A stretch of 64,000 nucleotides of DNA, taken from the NCBI GenBank assembly GCA_964035545.1, contig OZ037766.1, positions 30,928,773-30,992,772 on the forward strand, read 5' to 3'. Source of the DNA: Bugula neritina (taxonomy: Eukaryota > Animalia > Bryozoa). The notes beneath the pieces were generated by a model, which saw only the letters and a list, made by a program, of their open reading frames with translations, did no database searches and was not told the DNA's origin. This document shows, piece by piece, positions 53,801 through 64,000 of this stretch (positions are counted from its first letter, which is position 1; each line of letters opens with the position of its first letter). A program made the translations under genes and the position numbers.

Positions 53801-56800
53801 AAAGCAAACATCAAATGTTTGTCATTATCACTTTTGGTTGAATTTTCACACTATAAGGCATTTGTGGGGCTTTCCACAAAATTGAAAATAGCAGTTTCTT
53901 ATTTTAAAAATGAAATTTAAATTTTTATTGTTTTTGTTGCATATAATTTCTTCTGGTTATAATGTATGAGCAATGTTGAATTTTTGTTGAATTTTAGATT
54001 TTCCATATCATAAAAGCAAAACAATTTTACTTTAATTTAAAAAACATGAAACATCACAGCTTTGTTATTCTTTTTGTCAAATATAGTATGTTTTCTACTA
54101 GTAACTAAGATTGTTTTCATTTCCCGCAGGAGTACAGTGTCCAGTGCCAAAGCGTATCTCAAACATGGCGTCTCGAAACTACACCGGGACAAGCTATGAA
54201 GACACAGCTCTGTACACGTGCATACCTGGATATGAGACAAATATTACTGGGAGTATTTGGTGTCGAGCTAACAAAACCTGGTCAAGCTTTGTTAGCTGTG
54301 TCCGTGAGTATCTCTTTCATCAGTTCTTATATGTGAAAGTGCCGATTGATTTTTGTTATAAATAAAACTTGCTTTACTAAAGAGACTTAGGCTCAGGCTA
54401 AGTAAGTATATTTTACATATATATTAGTTCATTACTATTCAATATCACTTTCGTTACATAATGCTTAGTCTAAAATTATATTCTGTCAGAAAAATTCTTA
54501 GTTATTTTTCTGGATGCTGTATAAATGTTAAAACGACCAGCAGGTGATAACGGTTGATTCTATTTACAAGTGGTGACTCATCTGAGACTGCATGTTCCTA
54601 GTATCTATTATTCAATTAATTGTGTCTATTGGCTTTTAATATTGATAACTGTTTAGCTAAATTGATTGATTCTACTTTGTCTTACAATGAAGGTATATAT
54701 AAGCTCTATACAAAAGGTTTCGGGATTATGTGTTAGTGTTTATACATGCAGTGATAACAAACATGCGACTTTTAATCAGTTAGTAATGTGTATAAGACTG
54801 TGTTGTTTACACAAATGTTTATGTTACATATCAACTGTGGACAGAAAGCTTTTAAAAAACACTTTTGGCTGTTATAGGTCATCACTTTATTTACTATAAA
54901 TATTTGAAAATTGTTTTATTGAAAAATAACTTTTTAAACAGCTGGTTTCCCCAGGTACCTAGATGTTGTGCAAATCTAGCTCCTCTCTCTGCAGAATTAA
55001 ACAAACTATAGCGTCAACAAGCTTACTCAAGTAATGCTATGTAATGTAAATAATTATGAACAATATTCAACAAGTATAGCTTTATAAGTTCAAAATGTTG
55101 TATAGCAAATTACCCTAAACTGTGGTCATTAAACGTAGAATTTTTTAGTTTCTGTCTATAACTTTTTTAAAGTTACTGCAACTTTTATGGTAAAACTTTG
55201 CTACTCAGTACACATGATTATAGCAAATATAGTTCAGATTATGTAATTCAGCTGCAGAGTATAACCCTATTCATATTTAGCCAGGTTTGGTTAAGTTTTT
55301 CAAACAACTACTATGTTGTGATAAGTTCCAGAAAAAGAAATACTGTTTATCAAACCATAAACATTGTACTTCACATAAACTAATGAATATCGGTTTCTGT
55401 ATAATGTGACATTGTTTATATTATTATACATAATATATATATTCTATACGACTTAAAGTAGGTGAAATGAGTTTTGACACATAAGAGAATAATATTTGTT
55501 AAACTTTTTGACCTTGCAGTGCTTTGCTGATTTGTTCCTGAGTTCCTGGGTTCCTGGTATAGTCTTTATAATACTGTATTACAACATCTTGAAATGATTT
55601 TCAACTTATTGCTACACGTTACATTGCACAACATATAACATACTTTGTTGTTAGGCTATTTTGCAGCTAAAAAAGATTTACAGATATTCAAGTAATACAA
55701 TCAACTAATAAAAGTACTTGCATAAATTATTAGTTAGTTATTTTTTCTGAATTAAATTAATTTTATTGTTTGAATAAAAGACAGGTTTTTTAGTCTAAAG
55801 TAAAATGAGTAATTAAGAAAAATTCTTTAGCAAATAAATTCATTATACCAGCTTTTTAAAATATCTGTATCCAAACAACTAATAAACTGCAATTTTACTT
55901 TAAAATGACTTCCTTTAACCTTTCCCATTATTTGTTTGATAAAAAGTTTAATTAATTTGAAGCAGAAATACAAATAATTATATAGTTACCAATAAAACAA
56001 CAATTATGGTTTAAATTATATTGTTTTAATTTGTAGGTAAGAACTGTGGATCACCTCCTATCTTGCCAAATGGTTATGTAACACACTACGTCTACACAAC
56101 AACCTTTCAATCTAATGTCACATACGGCTGTAGCAGAGGCTATATATTAGATGGCTCCTCTACTATTACATGCAATGAGGAGGGAGTGTGGACCACGCCC
56201 CCAATTTGTCATAGTGAGTTCAACTGAGAAAAGATGCAAAAACTACTTTGAAAAATAAAACATTTGAATTGCAAATTGAGCAGGCCAGAAACTGCATATA
56301 TTTTTTAGTTGAAATTTTAAAAAAGATGTAACATTTCGTTTGATTATTCTTAATGCATGTCTTGCAATATTTCCAGGAATAAGATGCAATGAACCACCAG
56401 AAATCCAAAATGGCCGCCGGCATGTTGGTGGCCATTATTATAGAGATTTGACAGTGTATGAGTGTGATATTGGCTATCTTCTGTCTGGAAACTCTTCTAT
56501 CTTCTGTCAGTTTGATGGGCACTGGTCAGCCAAACCTGAGTGCCATGGTGGGTGTGAAACTACATGTACTAAGCAATGTTTTTATGCACATACCATATGC
56601 CAATAGATTGAGTTCATGTTTCAAAAAATGAGTTACACTAGAGTAGTTCTTACATCAACTTGAAAATTTTGATAGCAATATGGTTTAGTTTTTTTTCATA
56701 TATAAACATTGCTCTCAAAGAAATACATAAGTTGGTACGTGTTTAATATTTCAGTCGTATCTTGCGGCAGACCGCCACAAGTTGAACATGGCTCCCTCAA

Positions 56801-58300
56801 AGTAGTCTCCGGATACAAGTTTACTGATCACATTGAGTACTTTTGCTTTAATGGATATCTGTTGTATGGAGTAAACTTTGCCACCTGTTTATCTAATGGA
56901 AGCTGGAGCAGAGCACCATCATGTATCTCTTCCTTATATATAAAGCCTAAAGGTCAAGGGTATCTAGCATCTAGCCCACCTTTGTCATTGCTTTTTACAA
57001 ATACAATAACTATAGCAAAAGCTATGACTTCCTCTAAGCCAACCACACCAACTACCATACCAACTACCAAACCAACCACCAAACAAACCACCAAACCAAC
57101 CACCTTACCAACTACCAAACCAACCACTACATTAACCACCAAACCAACCACCACACCAACCACTACAACAACCACCACACCAACCACCACACCAGTTACC
57201 AAACCAACCACCTCACCAACTATCAAACCAACTACTACATTAACCACCATACCAACCACCACACCAGTTACCAAACCAACCACCTCACCAACTATCAAAC
57301 CAACTACCAAACCAACTACAGCAATGGTAGGTGTATCATCTACTCGGTTATCTGCCAAAGCAGCCACTATAACAAAGCCTATGAATGCTACAGGAATAAC
57401 AGAAAAGGGCACTGCTTCAACAAAAAGATTAGGCAATGAGAACAAGTTTAGGTCAGCATCTGGCTCAGCTGCTACGACAGCAAACAACATGCAAACAAAA
57501 TTTACTTTCCCAACTGTAAACAGTCAACCAGAACCCCATAGTAAATACAATGTCATCGATAATGTGACCCTTAAGGATGATGATAACTCCCCAGAAATTT
57601 CAGCCATCTCTTCTAAAGATGGAAAGATGTATCAGCAGAGTAAAGTTCATCAGAAGAAAGCTAAATCAAATGGATTTGCAATTGGATTTTCCGTTTTGGC
57701 AATTATTTTGGCTGCCCTCTGTATTTTATTTGTCACCTGGAGACTTCTTAAAATTAGGTAAGCATGTAGTTGATAATGTTGTTGATAGATTTGAAGTTTA
57801 TACTAAATACTTGGTCTAAACTCTGTTGCCCTTAGCATTGCTGCTTTTACTGATTGTTACAGTTTCTACTGTTCAGCATATCAAACAAATTAGTTTAAGA
57901 ACTCAACTTCGGTAATTAGTTTTGGTGGGTTCATTCAGGGCTTTTACTCAGAATTATTTTCTTATAAACTATGTTGGTGAAGTTAAATGAATTATATTAA
58001 TTATACATCTATAGCTAATTGTTATTATACTGAATAGTTGGGCGATATCTTTTTTCTCTCAGCCTGCAATGCAGCAGTAGAAAAATAACCCCATGCACTC
58101 TATAAATCCAGCTTTGTTCTGTAGTATAAACAGTATTGCTCTGTGCTATGTTCTAATTGGCTTATAATCAGTTGTGCATAACTTTATGTAGGAAGCGAAG
58201 AGGTCAGTGTGCAGTGACAGTAAGCAATGCTCTCTACAGCAGTGAAGGCCAAACTATGACTGTCTACTCATTTAAAAGTAAAGAACCCTCAGAAGAGTAA
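50277..58300 (+). CDS. Type I membrane protein with 7 sushi/CCP domains, Thr/Pro/Lys mucin stalk, TM and short tail (paralog S1)
   Basis: Exons 50277-50331 (signal MWMLTALCMLLTLEVSSAG), 51124-51318, 51891-52068 plus 52970-53094 (split CCP2), 53448-53678, 54130-54303, 56037-56213, 56377-56547, 56755-57757 (CCP7, mucin, TM FAIGFSVLAIILAALCILFVTW), 58192-58300. CCP pattern C..P...Y.C..GY...C...G.W...P.C with phase-1 domain boundaries. Confidence 0.85.
50704..50880. repeat. (TA)n microsatellite
   Basis: Long TA run in intron 1 of S1. Confidence 0.95.
57035..57320 (+). repeat. Coding 12-bp repeat (PTTK/PTTT) forming the mucin stalk
   Basis: ccaaccaccaaa-type units, with a duplicated PTTTPVTKPTTSPTIKPTT block. 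Confidence 0.9.
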
Positions 58301-59825
58301 ACTCTATCTTATATGACTTCACTGTAACTACCTAGCATTTACTACCAGAAAAGATGAATTGAGAGCTTAAATTGCACTTCTACGTAAGCTCTAACAGTAA
58401 AACTTACCATAATGCAGTAAAAATATATTTATGATTTTAGCTGTAGTTAATAAAATGTTGAATATTGTTGTAACATACATTATTGTAAAGTCAGGGTAGC
58501 TGCAATAATATTGAGTATGGCAAAATGCAAATGATGGTAAACGTTGCCCTGCTTTAAATTTCATATGAAAGCTAAAATTTTTAATGACTAATAAAGCTTG
58601 CAGGCATTTATATAGGTGATGCTGTAATTTAGTTCACTTAAAACAAGAACTCTATTAACCGAAAGCAGCTTCGATCACTTCGGAGGGTGTTACAGCTGTA
58701 AGCTAAAAGACTGTTTTAAGTTGCATTAGTATAATGAAGCTGTTTTATAGCTGTTAAAAACCTGTGCAACCAGTCTAACGGAAATATACTGCTGACCTAA
58801 TTCTAATTATATTTATTTAGCTTTCCAAAATAAACATCTGGATGCTATAGTACCTATACTATTTTAAGCCTGTGTACTTGAGATTATGATTTATATCCAT
58901 TGCTACACATTCATTAAACTGTAACATAATTTTTGGGAAAACCATATTTGATGCTTTTATGCACAAACACAGTATTGCAACAATGATGGTTTGATATAAT
59001 GTAAGATGCTGTATTAATATACAAATAAGAATGTGATATATATATATTACATGAAAGATGTGCGGTTGTGATATAATCCTAAACTATCAGATATGAAGCT
59101 GGTAATAAGTTCAAAGAAATTATTAAGCATTGAACAATTGGAACATTCATGCAGTCTACTATACTCCCAGTCTAAATAAAACACTCAGCTTTCCAAACTC
59201 TACTTTGCAAAAAGGCGGTTTTTGGTTGAAAAGCTATAGTATCATGAATATGCTCAAGTGAAAACCTGAAAAAGTAGTGCTTTTCATCAAAAAAGTGCAA
59301 GTATAAAGATAGAAGAATAGTAATTTTCATTACAATCTCTATAACATCACAAAAAATATCAATTTCTGCAAAATTAATTTGAAAAAATAACTGGATTGGT
59401 TTAATTTTGAATTTTTTCTGTTATAGTTATAATGAAACAGTAACATGCATACATAATCTAAAAGTATGGGGGCAAGGGGTTTTTTAAAAAATATATTTTT
59501 CAATCATTCATTTATTTGTTTGCACCGCAGTAAATTAACGTCAAAGCAATGTTACAAATTTCATGTGCAAAGCTACTTTTGTTCAACTAAATACAAATAA
59601 CAATACCACAGTGACTCCCCTTCCCCTTCGCATTCAGTTTGGATTGGCTCCACTCCCTGTGAACACTGAGGATGGCTCACAGAGTATAAAAATAGTTGCA
59701 AGAGCCAACTATTTGGATAATTAGTATATATATTAGCTGCAGCATTGATGCTCTAGTATAGCAGTCACATGTTATAGCTCCTTTATAGCCTTTTCTAGAA
59801 AACCAATCTAGTAAGAACATCTTGC

Positions 59826-62800
59826 ATGGTAATGGAAGTTTTGGTGCTTGCTGGAATCTTGCTCTTGCAGTCAAGTTTTGGTGAGTCTGACTAATTTTTA
59901 ACAAAAATAACAAAATAATTTTAAGCGTGTTTGTATACTTGGGCTGTGCATCTAATTACTATCCTGTCTATACAAAACAAACGTAAATTTGTATGACTGG
60001 AAATAATGTGCCTGTGTTACTATTTGGTAAGGATAATTAACTCAATACTTATCAATGATATCTTTATGTGATGCATTGTAGTCTATTTGGTTTATAGCTT
60101 CGCTTATCTGTTTATATAACGAAACTCTATTCATTTTATGTTTCAAATTTGTAGACTATAATAATCTTCTGAAACAAACAGTTTTCAACCAGCAACCAGC
60201 ACACTTGCATAAGCTTACTCTACTGCAGCTGATCAAAACTGTTTTCTTATTAAGCTGTGAGACAAGTTTGTTATATATAAGAGTAATCAATTTTAAGAGC
60301 TTGAATTCCAATAGCTTTAGTTGAAGGTGTGACATGAGATTTTCTCAAGAGCATCTTTTGTTCTCTTGCTACATTTTTTATCTAGAACATAGGCTTACCC
60401 TAATCTATAAGTTGCTGTATTTTTAGTATTCACTTTCGTATGATGGCATGATATTTTAATCATTTGCAAATTTACAATAAGTAAATTATAAAGCTATAAC
60501 CATCTTGTTTTACTAGGTGTAGTATCCAGCTCACCATGTGGAGACCCCCCAACAGTATCCAATGCTACTGTAGAGGTTAATGAGACAGCGGTACCCTACC
60601 CTACGGCCACGTACACATGTGATGCTGCCAATGGATACGTGCTGACAGGAAATGACACCATCTACTGCTTTAGTGACTTTCAAATGAATATATGGAGTTC
60701 ATCACAGTTCACATGCACAAGTAATGAATTATATGCAATAATTTCTGTCAATTCTAGAACCCTTCTCAATAAATGCCGTAGACTCCAGTGTATTAGGATG
60801 TGCAGAAACTATAGCTGTGCAACTCAGAGTATTCTAGTGCTATATTGTATTGTTATGTTATATTATGTTATTCTTTTATATTATTATATTGTTATGTATT
60901 GTTGCATTATATTATATTATTCTATTCTATTATTATATTCTTATGTATTATTTATAATGTCTATATATAGAAGCTTATAAGTACTTATTGCTATAATATT
61001 CTAATTTCTTATATGGCAGTCAAGTAGAGCTTATACCTTCACGATTTTCAGTCAGAATTTCAATGTCTCCAAGTTGCATAGCATTGTCAAAGCCACCATG
61101 TGATATTTTTTTAGACTACGATAATTTAATCAACAGAGTTCAGAATATTATAATAATTAAAAGGAGTAATAACTCTTCGTAAATATCAATTAGATGGCGA
61201 ACTTATATGTTTATACTTATATATTACTCATGCTTTTTAAATTATTGCTTTTATGCTGTCAACTTTACTAATTCATGATGTTTTCAAAGATTATTAAATA
61301 ATGATTAGGCGAGTTATATTTTACTATTAGAAAGTGAGCTTCATCATCTATATGCTTGCATCGAGTTTCAGTTTAACACTGAACTGGGGTGCGTACTCAA
61401 GAGAGTGCTATTAACTGAAACTCGGTACTTTTTTCAGCAGAGGTATATAAATGCAACTTTAAAAAGAAGTTGAATTGTCAAAAAACCACAAATAACTAAT
61501 AACAAGCCTATTCACATTATGCTGAACAGTAATAATTTATTGGCAGTTTTAATAGACGCTTATTTTTTATTTGTAGGGACAAAATGCTCTGAGGACCCTT
61601 ACAAAGACAGCAATCACACTATAACGTATTTTGAGACAACTCGCACTGAAAGCTACACAGAATTTATTGAGTATGCATACTCATATTTTAATTACGAGTA
61701 TAATAACACTTATGGCTATTGGGCAACAAGGTACCGGACAGTTGAACAGAAATCTGAAGTGTAAGGATGCCAAATACTTATAAAAATTAAATTATAAAAA
61801 GTGCTATGATTTATAGTAGTTAGAACCATGCTAAATTTGTGGCCTAATTTATGCAACAAAAGACTCTTGAATAAGTGTAATAATATAGTTCAATGCATTC
61901 TATATTAAGTATAGGTTACAGTCATTCAGCTATGCATTCAGCTAAGAAAATTGATAAATAAAACAAAGTTATTCAACAACAGGTTTTAGCAGACACCACA
62001 TCTAAATTTTAATTGAATGAGAAGGGATAGTTTTGTCCTTTCACTAAGATGATAGTTGCTTTGCATTAGGTACTATGGGCAGAATATAACCAGTTACTGT
62101 AAAGCTGGCTATGAATATCCAGATGGATCAACAACTTCCTCAGTTGAATGTAGTATTAACGGGACGTGGATCTACCCACCCACTGAGTGTCAAAGTGAGT
62201 ACATCAATGCTCATGCAGCCTATCTCTAGCTGCTAATGGATATAACACAAATATATCTACGTACATTGTACATCCCATATCATTATTTTAGAAAAGGATT
62301 GTGGGGCAGTAGAAAATATGACTGGGGTGGAATGTTACGTTTCATCTACAGTGTACCAAAGTGTGGCTAGCTGCAGATGTAAAGATGGTTATGAGAGAAA
62401 ATACTTATATTATTATCGAGGAAGGTATTATACAGACAACTATTACACAATGACTTGTCGCTCCAATAGCCAATGGAGCCGGCCTGATGACGGTAGACAA
62501 AATTATTGCACCAGTGAGTTATTTATGTCTTAACTAAATTGAAGTGTTGTCAAAACTGCAGTGAGAAAAGAATTTAGCTGACCATAATGTTTTATATAAC
62601 ATACACTGAAAGTTTTTGCAATATTGTCTTACAAACTTGCACTTTTATTGATTTAATCATCAAAGAGATATGTTGTACATGGTTTAGACTTGAGCTAATT
62701 ATATGCCAGTTCAAAGCTAATTCTTTTAGTGTTCACTATATAAACCTTAAGCTATCGCACAAAAAGACGTAATTTTAAAAACAGCACTCTGACTTTTTTA

Positions 62801-63830
62801 GTTTGAGCTTTTTTATATATAAAACAGAAATGAAAAAAAACTGTCAAAAAAGTTGCACAGCTGAAAGTTATAAAAAGAAACTAGATGGGCAAATAGGATA
62901 TTTTTTTACAAAATAACTTGCACTTATTAGCTATATCAGAGCTTTCATAATCTTTGACAGGGGTGCAATGTCCTGCCTTGAACCAAAACATTCTTAGCAA
63001 TGTAGCCTCATTAAACTATACTGGAACAAGCTATGAAGATATAGTTCTGTACACATGCATACCTGGATATGAGACAAATGTTACTGAGAGTATTTGGTGT
63101 CAAGCTAACAAAACCTGGTCAAGCTCTGCTGGCTGTGTCCGTGAGTTTTCCATGCATGTATATATCTATCAAAAGTTAAATCCAACAGACATGAACACTC
63201 TAAGTTCAATAGGTTCTTGCAACAGAGCCTGACACTCTTTTTTATATTTTTGCTGCAGCTAAAGATTGTGGGACACCTCCAATTGTACAAGATGGTTATG
63301 CTGTAGACTACATGGGCTCAACAACTTTCTCGTCTAGGATATTTTATAGTTGTAACAGAGGCTATACAATAATTGGATTATCTTCGATTGTATGCAATGA
63401 GAATGGAGTATGGACCCCACCACCCATTTGTCACAGTAGGTTGATTCCAGGCTAATAAATGTATTCGGCTATACATGCATACAAGCATCTGAATATTCTA
63501 CAGTTCGCCCTGAACAAATCCAACTATATCAAATGCATCTTAAATATCCTTCTGTTGATGTTTCCTAATTAACCCTAAGGTGGATTTATAAATAACTGCG
63601 ATTCTTACTGTACAAAAATGACAGCTATAGTTAAAATTACAATTACAAATTTATTTCAGGAATAAGATGCAATGAACCACCAGAAATCCAAAATGGCCGA
63701 CGACATGTTGGTGGTCATTATTATGGAGATTCAACAGTGTATGAGTGTGATATTGGCTATCTTCTGTCTGGAAAATCTTCTATCTCCTGTCAGTTTGACG
63801 GGCACTGGTCAGCCAGGCCTGAGTGTCATG
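59826..63830 (+). CDS. Sushi/CCP-domain receptor paralog S2 (3' part beyond the right edge)
   Basis: Exons 59826-59880 (signal MVMEVLVLAGILLLQSSFG), 60517-60720, 61577-61760, 62070-62194, 62292-62513, 62961-63140, 63259-63435, 63660-63830. Colinear exon for exon with S1. Confidence 0.83.
60835..60965. repeat. TAT/TGT low-complexity tract
   Basis: tattgtattgttatgttatatt runs in an S2 intron. Confidence 0.7.
61359..61427. repeat. Small hairpin / miniature inverted-repeat element
   Basis: cgagtttcagtttaacact ... agtgctattaactgaaactcg form ~19 bp imperfect inverted arms around a ~23 nt spacer. Confidence 0.55.
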
Positions 63831-64000
63831 GTGGGTGTGTAAATGTGAATGCCATCTCTTTACTATCACAGCTCAAGTGTTTATCATTTATAACTTGTTA
63901 CACTGAAAAGTTTACAAAACAACATTGGCAAGTTAGAAATTGCTTTATTCATCCGTTTATACATGTACATGCCCTGGCTTACATTTTATGTTTTACAACC

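Noticed and set aside
56954-57490. 178 aa Val/Gly-rich minus-strand ORF
   Set aside because: Antisense shadow of the PTTK mucin repeat in S1.

Overview
AT-rich eukaryotic (animal, probably invertebrate) genomic DNA with short GT-AG exons. The ORF track is mostly exon fragments and microsatellite noise, so gene models were built by hand from splice sites and intron phases. Left to right: (1) a minus-strand receptor gene with an EGFR/insulin-receptor-type ectodomain (signal peptide, furin-like Cys-rich, one L domain, Cys-rich, two FN3-like units, TM), running off the left edge; (2) a ~21.5 kb tandem array of six highly divergent plus-strand Bcl-2-fold (BOK-like) genes, each with 5 coding exons and intron phases 2-1-0-0, eroded BH1/BH2/BH3 motifs and an amphipathic C-terminal helix instead of a membrane anchor, which is the most notable system here; (3) an ECHDC1-like crotonase gene on the minus strand; (4) a ~2 kb non-autonomous hAT-type foldback element and simple repeats; (5) an N4BP1/KHNYN-like KH-NYN ribonuclease gene; (6) two tandem sushi/CCP receptor genes (the first complete with mucin stalk and TM) whose Tyr/Arg-rich inserted loops are hypervariable between paralogs. 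A tRNA-derived SINE family occurs in several copies. All family assignments come from motif recognition by eye; no database search was run.
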